A stretch of 64,000 nt of DNA from Bdellovibrionota bacterium (GTDB lineage Bacteria > Bdellovibrionota > UBA2428), in contig JAWKOD010000006.1 in assembly GCA_041391385.1 (NCBI GenBank), forward strand, positions 67,668-131,667, written 5' to 3'. Below the pieces are notes generated by a model. The model had not been told where the DNA came from, ran no database searches, and was given only the letters and a program-made list of their open reading frames with translations. Positions 1-8,278 of the stretch are shown piece by piece; position 1 is the stretch's first letter, and each line of letters starts with the position of its first letter. Position numbers and translations under genes: made by a program.

Positions 1-1
1 C

Positions 2-721
2 TCTCCTCGTAGTTTTGAAATACTTAAAGCTATGGGCGGAGCACATAACTTATCGGACGTAGATGCTTGCATTTCGAGTTTGCGGGTGACGGTGAGGGAT
101 CAGCTCAGAGTAGACGAAGAGCGTCTCAAGATGTTAGGTGCGGCAGCCATTACAAAGTCTGGCAATAACATGCAGGTTTTTTTTGGTATGGAATCTGATC
201 ATATACGTGAAGAAATTGAAAAGGAGATCTCATTAGTGAAAGTTGGAACTTCGGTTAAACAGAAGCTTTTTTTGTGTGCACCACTTTCTGGTCGTTTGGT
301 GCCACTTTCTCAGGTGCCTGATCAGGCCTTTTCTCAGAAAATTATGGGCGATGGCTTTGCCATAGATCCTACAGACGGAATCGTACTTGCACCTATTGAT
401 GCAACTGTTGTGCAAATTTTTCGCACGGGACATGCTATAGGTTTGGAGACTGAGAGTGGAGTGGAAATTCTTATTCATGTGGGAATTGATACTGTGAAGT
501 TAAACGGAAAGGGCTTTACGGCTCTTGTGCAGAATGGGCAACATGTTAAGGCTGGCCAGGAACTCATCCGTTTTGATTTAGAGCTTATTCGGGGCCTTGT
601 TCCCTCTATGATTACACCGATTGTGTTTACGAATATGGAGCGCATAGCCAGCATTCAGGCTAAATCCAAGGGTGAGGCTAAGGCCGGCGAGGAAATTGCC
701 AGTTTGGAACTTCAAGTCTAG
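2..721 (+). CDS. PTS sugar transporter, C-terminal EIIB-EIIA(Glc) portion (5' end lies upstream of the window)
   Basis: The frame is open from base 2, so the listed Met at 32 is internal. DACISSLRVTV resembles the EIIB phospho-Cys loop. GDGFAIDP...TGHAIGLETESGVEILIHVGIDTV is the two-His EIIA-Glc signature. HPr and EI follow directly. Confidence 0.85.
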   Translation, partial: SPRSFEILKAMGGAHNLSDVDACISSLRVTVRDQLRVDEERLKMLGAAAITKSGNNMQVFFGMESDHIREEIEKEISLVKVGTSVKQKLFLCAPLSGRLVPLSQVPDQAFSQKIMGDGFAIDPTDGIVLAPIDATVVQIFRTGHAIGLETESGVEILIHVGIDTVKLNGKGFTALVQNGQHVKAGQELIRFDLELIRGLVPSMITPIVFTNMERIASIQAKSKGEAKAGEEIASLELQV

Positions 722-735
722 GATTGTCCTCGCTT

Positions 736-1002
736 ATGCAAGTCGTAAAAGTTTTCAAGTTGGACTCCAGTGATGGCCTACATGCTAGGCCTGCTGGTCT
801 TTTTGTTAAAACACTTTCAGCTTTTAAATCTGCCGTGGAGGTAGAGGTTAAAGGGCAAAAGAAAAATGGCAAATCAATTATGAGCCTTATGTCTTTGGGA
901 GCCTCTTCCGGAGACGAACTTAAGGTTTCTATTACTGGAGACGACGCTGAAGGCGCCCTTCAAGCATTAGAACAGCTTTTTGCTTCTAATTTTGCTTCGT
1001 AG
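736..1002 (+). CDS. ptsH: Phosphocarrier protein HPr
   Basis: 88 aa from ATG 736 (the track ORF starts at TTG 724). GLHARPA puts the phospho-His at residue 16. KSIMSLMSLG matches the Ser46 region. Confidence 0.9.
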   Translation: MQVVKVFKLDSSDGLHARPAGLFVKTLSAFKSAVEVEVKGQKKNGKSIMSLMSLGASSGDELKVSITGDDAEGALQALEQLFASNFAS

Positions 1003-1016
1003 GAGATTATGCGGGG

Positions 1017-2717
1017 ATGCTGAAAGTCAAGGGTAAGGGAGCTTCGCCAGGGACAGCATTGGGTACGGCTTTTGTTCTTAAGTCTCGAGATTTTCATTTC
1101 TCAGAATTAAAAAATTATGAATCGGGAAGGGAATTGCTTCGTTGGAAGACGGCGCATGCCGCACTTCTTATTGAGCTAAAGTCGCTTAAGGAAAAATTTG
1201 AAACGGATGCTCCGGTAGAAACCCGGCAGGTTATTGAAGCTCATCAAATGATGGCTGAGGACCCCGAGTGGACTTCTCAAATTGAGGCTTTCATTTCTCA
1301 AGGGCATCAGTGTGAATATGCGGTACACAAGGCGAGCGAAGACTTTGCTCAAATGATAGAAGCCTTGGATGATCCGTATTTGCGTCAGCGTGCTCAGGAT
1401 ATTCGAGATGTAGCTAAGCGCGTATTTGAAGCGCTTGATTCACAAGTAAATCAGAGCGCTTCAAAAAATGAAGATTATATTTTGGTAGCAGAGGATTTAT
1501 TGCCCTCTGATTTATTGAGTCTCTACAGCAAGCATTTAAAAGGAATTGTTCTAGAAAAAGGAAATCCTACTTCGCATACAACTATTTTGACCCGAACCTT
1601 TGAGATACCACTTGTACTTAAGGTTGACTCCCTGATGAAGCAGGTTCGGAGTGGTGAAGAGTTGGCCGTTGATGGACTCAAGGGCAGCTTGGTGATTGCG
1701 CCTACATTAGATGAAAAAGAATTTTATAAGAACCAGATTTTGAGCGAGCGCAGGGATTTGGATGAACTTGCACGGTATACACATGTTGAGTCTGTGACTA
1801 CGGATGGAGTTAAGATTGAAGTCGCTTCGAATCTAAACAGCGCCATGGATTTAGATTTTGCACTTCGCAAAGGGACCGAAGGTGTTGGGCTATTTCGTAC
1901 AGAGTTTTTGTTGATGGATCGTCGCCAAAGTCCTAGCGAAGATGAGCAGTTTCAGATTTACAAAAAAGTTGTAGAATCTCTAAAACCGCATCGTACCGTT
2001 ATTCGTACTTTTGATATCGGTGGCGATAAGCAGGTTGAATATCTCAAACTTCCAAAGGAAGAAAACCCTTTTTTAGGCTGTAGGGGCATACGTTTTTGTC
2101 TGAAAGAAAAAGAATTTTTTAAAGTTCAGTTGAGAGCGCTTCTTCGAGCTGCTCAGTTTGGTCACTTAGGAATTATGATCCCGATGTTGAGTCGTATTGA
2201 GGAGCTTCTTGAGTTTAAGGAACTTCTAAGAAGCTGCTCAGATGAACTTAAGGGTAGAGGGGAAGTTCTGAGCGCAACCCCTGAAATTGGAATTATGATT
2301 GAAGTTCCTTCTGCAGCGCTTATTGCTGATCAGTTAGCTGAGCATCTTGATTTTATGAGCGTGGGCACGAATGACCTGGTTCAGTATTTTTGTGCGGCTG
2401 ACAGGATGAACAGTGCCGTGGCTGACTTGCATGATAGCTATCATCCAGGATTAATTCGTTTACTGAAGCACATTTCAGAAAGTGTTAAAGGTAAAAACGT
2501 CTGGTTGGGGATGTGTGGAGAGCTTGCGGCCCAAGAGGACTATATCCCCTTGTTGATAGCTTTAGGATTTACTGAGTTGAGTGTTTCGCCAGGAGCATTG
2601 TTAAGAACTCGTAGAGCGATTCTATCTAACAGTAAAAAAGCATCTGCAGCATTTCTGGATGGGGCTTTAAGTGCGAAGTCATCAACTGAACTCAAAAGTA
2701 TCTTAAGCAAAAATTAA
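1017..2717 (+). CDS. ptsI: Phosphoenolpyruvate-protein phosphotransferase (PTS Enzyme I)
   Basis: 566 aa. Has the GNPTSHTTILTR phospho-His loop, the GLFRTEFL motif and the GTNDLVQY PEP-utilising C-terminal motif. Sits in operon position after ptsH. Confidence 0.95.
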   Translation: MLKVKGKGASPGTALGTAFVLKSRDFHFSELKNYESGRELLRWKTAHAALLIELKSLKEKFETDAPVETRQVIEAHQMMAEDPEWTSQIEAFISQGHQCEYAVHKASEDFAQMIEALDDPYLRQRAQDIRDVAKRVFEALDSQVNQSASKNEDYILVAEDLLPSDLLSLYSKHLKGIVLEKGNPTSHTTILTRTFEIPLVLKVDSLMKQVRSGEELAVDGLKGSLVIAPTLDEKEFYKNQILSERRDLDELARYTHVESVTTDGVKIEVASNLNSAMDLDFALRKGTEGVGLFRTEFLLMDRRQSPSEDEQFQIYKKVVESLKPHRTVIRTFDIGGDKQVEYLKLPKEENPFLGCRGIRFCLKEKEFFKVQLRALLRAAQFGHLGIMIPMLSRIEELLEFKELLRSCSDELKGRGEVLSATPEIGIMIEVPSAALIADQLAEHLDFMSVGTNDLVQYFCAADRMNSAVADLHDSYHPGLIRLLKHISESVKGKNVWLGMCGELAAQEDYIPLLIALGFTELSVSPGALLRTRRAILSNSKKASAAFLDGALSAKSSTELKSILSKN

Positions 2718-2804
2718 CATTTGTAATATGTTATTAAATAATAAGTTAAGTCTTTAAAAAGCTTATTGAAATTGTATGTTTTAGCCGAAAAGTCTTATGG
2801 TTGT

Positions 2805-3695
2805 ATGCGGAATACAGTTATTTGGTGCTGTTTAAGCATCCTCAGCACAATACTCATTGTGGGTTCTTGCACCAATACGTATGGTGAATTTGATATTAGT
2901 CAGAGTCCGATTGGTTTCTTACGTGGATTAAACGAAGTAACTGTAACTTTTCCAACGGACGTTCCCAATCAAACAGTTCGATTTAAATTTAAAAAGAAGG
3001 CGAATGCTATAAGGCCTCAGCTTAAGGACGCTCTTCGTTTTGTGAAATTAAATCAGGGATATAAAGAAGTGTATAAGCGTGATGCTTATGATTGTAAGCA
3101 GTTTGCTTATAATCTTTTTATTGATGCTCAAAAGGAAAACTACGAAGCAGGTTTTGTTATTTTACGACTCAAGAACGAGTCTATTGGTCATGCGGTTGCA
3201 GCAATTGAAACAGCGGATGCGGGAACTCTTTATGTGGATTTTACTCCTTTTATGACGAAGAACGATCAGCAGAAACATAGTCAGACAGTGGCTTTTGTCA
3301 AAGAAGGCGAGCCCTATATTCGTATTCCCCTGAATTCATTAAGTCCGAACTTTACGAATTCTGAAGCGGATTTTAAATATTTTTATGAGAAAGTAAAAAT
3401 GGGCGAAAAAGAGGTTAAAAAGTATAATGAGCTCGCATTAAGTCTCGAAGAGCAGAAAAAAGCAGTAGCGGCTAAAATTGGAAAATTTAATAGTAAGGTA
3501 GGATCGGGCCGCATAGCCGCTGCAAGTCAAGAAGCTATTCAGAGTGAGCACGAGGCACTTCAGAGAGAAGTCGATGATGTAAACTCACGTTACGATCATC
3601 TGAACTTTGAAGAGGCTCGTATTAAGAGTCTTTATTTTTTTGCAGATTGGGTAGGGAATACCTGGGTAATAGAAAGCCTTAAAATGCTCCCTTAG
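2805..3695 (+). CDS. Lipoprotein with a transglutaminase-like Cys-His-Asp core and a C-terminal coiled coil (function hypothetical)
   Basis: ATG 2805 gives MRNTVIWCCLSILSTILIVGSC, a lipobox (the track ORF starts at TTG 2766). YDCKQFAYNLF ... IGHAVAAIE ... LYVDFTP resembles the C-x2-FA / H-A / D-x-T transglutaminase-like core. The last ~110 aa are heptad-rich in E/K/A. Confidence 0.55.
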   Translation: MRNTVIWCCLSILSTILIVGSCTNTYGEFDISQSPIGFLRGLNEVTVTFPTDVPNQTVRFKFKKKANAIRPQLKDALRFVKLNQGYKEVYKRDAYDCKQFAYNLFIDAQKENYEAGFVILRLKNESIGHAVAAIETADAGTLYVDFTPFMTKNDQQKHSQTVAFVKEGEPYIRIPLNSLSPNFTNSEADFKYFYEKVKMGEKEVKKYNELALSLEEQKKAVAAKIGKFNSKVGSGRIAAASQEAIQSEHEALQREVDDVNSRYDHLNFEEARIKSLYFFADWVGNTWVIESLKMLP

Positions 3696-3713
3696 CTTAT
3701 TAATTTTTTTTGC

Positions 3714-3756
3714 TTGAACATATAACAATTATATTATATATTATAATTGTTATATG
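3714..3756 (+). promoter_or_regulatory. Candidate sigma70 promoter embedded in a 38-bp near-perfect palindrome (operator) overlapping the ArsR-family start codon
   Basis: Positions 3719-3756 (CATATAACAATTATATTATATATTATAATTGTTATATG) pair 18/19 as a palindrome. TTGAAC (3714-3719), a 17-nt spacer and TATATT (3737-3742) lie inside it. The ATG at 3754 has no Shine-Dalgarno. Confidence 0.45.
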
Positions 3757-4074
3757 AATAAAGGCGACTCAGTTAAGCTTAAGAAAAAGCTCCTTCAGGC
3801 GACAGGGCTTCTAAAGGATTTAGCGAACGCTGCTCGTCTTCATGTACTTTGTGAGCTTGTCGAGGGTGAAAAGAGCGTGACCGAGCTTGTAGAGGCAACT
3901 CAAATGTCTCAGCCGCATGTGTCACTCCTCCTAGCTCGCTTTAGAAGAAGTGGAGTCGTGGTGGGAAGAAGAAAAGGTAAGGAAGTCTTTTACTCACTTC
4001 AAAGGTCTTGCGTGAAGGAAATAATAGAATCCCTTTGGCGGGAGTTCTGTAAAGGAAAGAGAGAAAGATTATGA
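3754..4074 (+). CDS. ArsR/SmtB-family winged-helix repressor, BigR/SqrR-like persulfide sensor candidate
   Basis: 106 aa. LANAARLHVLCEL...SVTELVEATQMSQPHVSLLLARFRRSGVV is an ArsR HTH. Cys33 and Cys99 are 66 residues apart, as recalled for BigR C42/C108 and SqrR C41/C107. The stop overlaps the next ATG (ATGA). Confidence 0.8.
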   Translation: MNKGDSVKLKKKLLQATGLLKDLANAARLHVLCELVEGEKSVTELVEATQMSQPHVSLLLARFRRSGVVVGRRKGKEVFYSLQRSCVKEIIESLWREFCKGKRERL

Positions 4075-4757
4075 TTTTTAGACAGTTTTATGAACCCGTT
4101 TCTTCCACTTATTCATATTTAATTGGCTCTAAGAACGAGGCAATTATTATTGACCCCGTCTTGGAAGATACTCAGAAATACTTGCAGGCTATTCGGGAGC
4201 TCGATCTTAAGCTCATAGTTGCACTTGATACTCATGTGCATGCCGATCATATAACTGCGCTGGGAACACTCCGAGAAGAAACTGAATGCGTAAGTATTAT
4301 GGGGCAGCAGTCAAAAGCTGAATGTGTTTCAAGTCACGTGAGTGACGGTGAGAAAATTAAAATCGGTTCTCTCAAAATAGAAAGTCTCTATACTCCTGGG
4401 CATACAGACGACTCCTATAGTTTTCTATTAAACGATCGAGTCTTTACTGGTGACACACTTTTAATTCGCGGCACGGGCAGAACAGATTTTCAAAATGGCG
4501 ATCCCGCTGCGCAATATGAGAGTATTTTTAATAAGCTTTTAAAATTACCTGAGGACACGTTGGTTTATCCAGCACATGACTACAAAGGATGGACCGTGAG
4601 TACTATTAAAGAAGAGCGTGATTATAATCCGCGTCTTCAAGTTAAAAATAAAGATGAATATATCAAGATCATGAAGTCCCTTAAGCTAGCAAATCCAAAG
4701 CTTATGGATGTAGCTGTTCCCGCAAATCTTAAATGCGGCCTTTCAGCTGGAAAGTAA
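4071..4757 (+). CDS. MBL-fold persulfide dioxygenase (ETHE1/Blh-like)
   Basis: 228 aa. N-terminus MIFRQFYEPVSSTYSYLIG, the DTHVHADH metal motif and TPGHTDDS. The context matches the BigR-Blh type operon. Confidence 0.85.
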   Translation: MIFRQFYEPVSSTYSYLIGSKNEAIIIDPVLEDTQKYLQAIRELDLKLIVALDTHVHADHITALGTLREETECVSIMGQQSKAECVSSHVSDGEKIKIGSLKIESLYTPGHTDDSYSFLLNDRVFTGDTLLIRGTGRTDFQNGDPAAQYESIFNKLLKLPEDTLVYPAHDYKGWTVSTIKEERDYNPRLQVKNKDEYIKIMKSLKLANPKLMDVAVPANLKCGLSAGK

Positions 4758-4761
4758 TTTT

Positions 4762-5172
4762 ATGGAATTCACTCAAGCAATTGTGGGAGGAATCCTCATT
4801 GGTTTTGCAAGTGCCTTGCCGCTTTGGTGGCATGGCCGTGTGGCAGGGGCGAGTGGCCTCTTGTCTGACATATCAGCAAAGAGTTCTAGGGATCGAGTTT
4901 CCTCCCTTTATTATGTCTTGGGCCTTATTGGGGGAGCTTTTACGCTCTCACTCATATCTCGAGAAAATTTGTCGGGCGCATTTGTTCCTCTGAGCTGGAA
5001 TCTTGTTGTAGGTGCCTTTTTAGTGGGTCTAGGTGCTCGATTAGGGAATGGTTGCACGAGTGGGCATGGCGTTTGTGGAATGGGTCGCTTTTCGAAGCGA
5101 TCTATCATTGCAACGATGACTTTCTTGGCGACGGCTATGATCGTCGCAAACTTAGTGAGGAGTTTGTCATGA
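4762..5172 (+). CDS. YeeE/YedE-family sulfur-compound transport membrane protein (half-size)
   Basis: 136 aa with 4 hydrophobic segments. GNGCTSGHGVCG is the conserved Cys motif of the family. Confidence 0.8.
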   Translation: MEFTQAIVGGILIGFASALPLWWHGRVAGASGLLSDISAKSSRDRVSSLYYVLGLIGGAFTLSLISRENLSGAFVPLSWNLVVGAFLVGLGARLGNGCTSGHGVCGMGRFSKRSIIATMTFLATAMIVANLVRSLS

Positions 5173-5591
5173 AAAAGAATATAATTTATCTGCTCACAGG
5201 TTTTGTATTCTCAGTGGGCCTTGGTTTGGGTGGGCTTTTATCGCCACAAAAAATTAAAGATTTCTTAGAGGTTTTATATCCTGCTACGTGGAGCCCAGTT
5301 TTGCTCTTTGTTTTATTGTCAGCCTCAATAACCTACTCAATCATTTATTGGAGACAGGTCCGATGTGGAAAAAGTCGTTGCGCTGACTTTAAAAAGATCC
5401 CTCAGGGAAAAATCGATGGGCAACTTATTTTGGGTGCGGCAATCTTCGGAGTGGGCTGGGGACTTTCGGGCCTGTGCCCAGCTCCGGCAATGGCACGTAT
5501 CGGATTAGCTGGCTTAGATCTTTCTACCTGGGTTTTTATTGGGCTTATGTTTGTTGGATTTCATTCGGCATCTCTTATGCGGAAGCCGTAA
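5169..5591 (+). CDS. YeeE/YedE-related membrane protein (second half-size subunit)
   Basis: The true start is ATG 5169, overlapping the upstream stop (ATGA). The track ORF from 5052 is an upstream extension. Contains MKKNIIYLLTGFVFSVGLGLGG and GVGWGLSGLCPAPA. Confidence 0.75.
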   Translation: MKKNIIYLLTGFVFSVGLGLGGLLSPQKIKDFLEVLYPATWSPVLLFVLLSASITYSIIYWRQVRCGKSRCADFKKIPQGKIDGQLILGAAIFGVGWGLSGLCPAPAMARIGLAGLDLSTWVFIGLMFVGFHSASLMRKP

Positions 5592-5608
5592 GAGTAAGGG
5601 ATTCTTAG

Positions 5609-6397
5609 ATGGGTTATTTTGCATTTTTCTTAATGGGCATCACACTTGGCACATTTGGAGGTGGAGGTTCAATCCTTACGTTACCAATACTCGTGTATTT
5701 TTTTGCGGTTCCGGCAACTGAGGCTACCTTTTATTCTTTGTTCGTAGTTGGAATTGCCGCCCTTATGGGTGCTCTCCCGTTTGTTCGAAAAGAAGGCTTG
5801 GAGATTAAGAAATTACTTTTGTTCTTAGTTCCTAGTTTTATAGGAGTCTTCATAGCAAGAAGGGTGCTTTTGCCAGCAGTTCCTGCGACGATTGATTTTA
5901 GCTTCTTTCAACTTACACGAGATGCTTTTCTTATCTTCTTGTTTTCTCTTTTAATGGTCGTTGCTGCTTGGCGGATGCTGAGGCCTGCTCTTGGAGTTAC
6001 TGCTGAGCCTAGTCCGTCAAACGCGACCTTTAAGCTATTGCTTGCAGGCTTATTTGTAGGAGCGCTCGCAGGCTTCTTGGGGGCCGGTGGAGGCTTTATG
6101 ATCGTTCCTGCGCTTGTGCTACTTGTGGGTTGGAATATGAAAAAAGCGATTGGTAACTCTCTTGTTATTATTTCACTGCAGTCGCTCTTTGGTTTTATTT
6201 TGGGTGGAGTAAGAGAAATGCCTATTCAGTGGGAGTTGCTCGTTTTTTCGAGCTTAGTGGCAGTAGCGGGTATATTAAGTGGACGTTTAGTCCTTTCTTC
6301 GATGTCTGATCAGAGTTTAAAGCGTTATTTTTCGTACTTTATTTTGCTTTTGGGACTCTCGATGGCCGCTCATCAGTTGTGGAAAATAGCTGCCTAA
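5609..6397 (+). CDS. TauE/SafE-family sulfite/anion exporter
   Basis: 262 aa polytopic protein with duplicated GGGGSILTLPILV / GAGGGFMIVPALV motifs typical of TauE/SafE. Confidence 0.85.
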   Translation: MGYFAFFLMGITLGTFGGGGSILTLPILVYFFAVPATEATFYSLFVVGIAALMGALPFVRKEGLEIKKLLLFLVPSFIGVFIARRVLLPAVPATIDFSFFQLTRDAFLIFLFSLLMVVAAWRMLRPALGVTAEPSPSNATFKLLLAGLFVGALAGFLGAGGGFMIVPALVLLVGWNMKKAIGNSLVIISLQSLFGFILGGVREMPIQWELLVFSSLVAVAGILSGRLVLSSMSDQSLKRYFSYFILLLGLSMAAHQLWKIAA

Positions 6398-6420
6398 ATC
6401 ATTCTCTGAATAATTAAAAA

Positions 6421-6454
6421 GCCGAACGCCTCGTTCTAAGTGAGGTGTTCGGCT
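6421..6454. terminator. Bidirectional stem-loop terminator between convergent genes
   Basis: GCCGAACGCCTC (6421-6432) pairs with GAGGTGTTCGGC (6443-6454), 11/12 with one G-U. It is flanked by AAAAA upstream and TTTT downstream. Confidence 0.6.
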
Positions 6455-6474
6455 TTTCTTTGTTATTGCTTTGC

Positions 6475-6777
6475 TTAAGTAGCAGGGGTTTCTTCAGCAG
6501 GAGCTTCAGTAGCTTCAGTTGTTTCAGGCGGCGCTTTTTTAGAAAGGCCTGTTTTAACAAGTTTTGCTTCGACAAGTATTTTTGCTTTATCAAAACCATT
6601 TACGTTTTTGCCGTCTTTAGTATGAACTTCAAAACGACCAGAACGTTTTGTGTAAATAACGTAGTCCTGGAATTTTTTTGTTTTAGCTTCAGTTGTAGTT
6701 GCAGTAGCGGCTGCTACTTTGGTTTTTTTAGGTGCTGCCTTTTTGGGCGCAGCTTTTTTTGCTTTTTTTTCAGCCAT
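6475..6777 (-). CDS. Small Lys/Ala-rich basic protein (histone H1-like nucleoid protein candidate)
   Basis: 100 aa. Basic head MAEKKAKKAAPKKAAPKKTK, a globular core YVIYTKRSGRFEVHTKDGKNVNGF, and an acidic T/E/P tail. Low complexity produces spurious ORFs in other frames. Confidence 0.55.
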   Translation of the reverse strand: MAEKKAKKAAPKKAAPKKTKVAAATATTTEAKTKKFQDYVIYTKRSGRFEVHTKDGKNVNGFDKAKILVEAKLVKTGLSKKAPPETTEATEAPAEETPAT

Positions 6778-6845
6778 AATGTTCTCCTTTAGTTGCTCTA
6801 AAATTCTACCTCAGAGGGCTGAGAGTGCAAGGAGCGACCACCGCG

Positions 6846-8126
6846 TTATCTTTTTATTTGAGAAACTTTCATTTGGGCGATGTAAAATTCCTTGGGCGCA
6901 AGGTAGTAAAGGCGTCCCCAGTTTTTCATAACCCCTGCAGCCTGTTTTGCCTCAGCACCCTTGCCCCAATAGAGATCAAGTCTTGAGGGGCCGCGTATGG
7001 CGCCTCCAGTGTCTTGGTCAAAAACAATTCGTTGTGTGTTCTGCCATGTCTGGGGTGTCTCGTCGTTCGTATGGGCGAATACAGGTTTGTCGAACTGGAG
7101 AAATGCCATGGCTCCTTTGGGAAAATAACGCGGGTCTGTGGCGATTGTTCTTCCGGGAATAACTTCGGTACCTAAAGAAGTTATGGATTGCGAAGAGATT
7201 TCTCGGAAGAACACATAACTTGGATTTTTATTGAGAAAACTTTGTTGTTCTTTGGGGTTAAGAGTTGCAAGGTAGCTTTCAATTTTTTGTAGGCTCATTT
7301 CTTCAAGAGGGATAACATCAGTCATGTACTTTCCAATAGGTACATAGGGGTGGCCATTTTGCGAGGCATATCCTACTTTTAGAAAAGTCCCATCTTCGAA
7401 CATCACCGTGCCTGATCCCTGAATTTGTAAAACAAATGCGTCTACCGGGTTCACGTAGCAAATTTCTAACTTTTCTCCTTTGAGTTTATCTTTGGAGTCG
7501 ATTTCTTCACGGTCATAGTAGGGGAGGATTTCGGCACTCGCTCCGTAAATGGAGCCTTTGCGAATGCGTCCGCGTAATATTCCACTGCCTGATTTTTGTT
7601 CTGAAAGTTTATCTTTTATGACTTCGAGAGCAGGGAATTTTTTGATGTAGTCGTTCATGCGAATTACGACCATGTCAGTGGGGACGGAATAAAGGGCCTG
7701 GGAGTATTCTTTTGTCGCTTTTCTTGAGCCCTTAATAATAGGGTCAAAATACGAGGTCATAAAAACTTCGCCCCATTCTTTTTTTCCAAATATTTCAAAA
7801 AAATCAAAATTTTCTTTTAAAAAGAGCATCCATATTTCTGGATTTGGATTGTCTTCTATAATTTTAAGAAAGTTTTTAAGCGCAAGAACGTAGTCGAAAG
7901 AGCTTACGTTGCGTTTTCCAAATTTTAAATTTGTATTGGATCTTTTTGAAAAATAATCGATATGATCGCGCAGCCCTTTGACTAAAGAGTCTTTGTTAAG
8001 ATCATCTGTAACGATTTCTGGTGTGGCACTTGGGCGCATAGCCTCGTCGGGGCTTTTGATTTCTCTATGAGCACAGGAAGCGATTAAAAAGGTGGCTAAT
8101 AGCACGCTGAAAAGGCATCTCATCAC
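6846..8126 (-). CDS. mltA: Membrane-bound lytic murein transglycosylase A
   Basis: 426 aa. Lipoprotein signal LIASC. VGYASQNGHPYVPIGKYM and DTGGAIRGPSRLDLYWGKG match MltA conserved blocks. Confidence 0.85.
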   Translation of the reverse strand: MMRCLFSVLLATFLIASCAHREIKSPDEAMRPSATPEIVTDDLNKDSLVKGLRDHIDYFSKRSNTNLKFGKRNVSSFDYVLALKNFLKIIEDNPNPEIWMLFLKENFDFFEIFGKKEWGEVFMTSYFDPIIKGSRKATKEYSQALYSVPTDMVVIRMNDYIKKFPALEVIKDKLSEQKSGSGILRGRIRKGSIYGASAEILPYYDREEIDSKDKLKGEKLEICYVNPVDAFVLQIQGSGTVMFEDGTFLKVGYASQNGHPYVPIGKYMTDVIPLEEMSLQKIESYLATLNPKEQQSFLNKNPSYVFFREISSQSITSLGTEVIPGRTIATDPRYFPKGAMAFLQFDKPVFAHTNDETPQTWQNTQRIVFDQDTGGAIRGPSRLDLYWGKGAEAKQAAGVMKNWGRLYYLAPKEFYIAQMKVSQIKR

Positions 8127-8278
8127 ATCAAATTCTCACAGATGAGCTACACAATGTAAAGAATCACATATTCACGCCTATTTTTTGAACATTGTAAAAA
8201 TTTGTATTCGCGAATTGCTAAGAAATCGGCCCATATTAACCTGTAAGGGGCTCTCAGAAGGCGAGAAAATAAGGGTAT

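Noticed and set aside
5052-5168. The longer 179-aa version of the second YeeE/YedE ORF, starting at 5052.
   Set aside because: The upstream 39 codons overlap the preceding gene in another frame and are not hydrophobic. ATG 5169 overlaps the upstream stop (ATGA), and the family-typical N-terminus begins there.
6414-6792. ORFs 6414..6599 (-) and 6445..6792 (+) overlapping the Lys/Ala-rich gene.
   Set aside because: They are low-complexity alternative-frame and antisense readings of the same K/A-repeat DNA. Only the 6475..6777 (-) frame has a Met start, a globular core and a downstream terminator.
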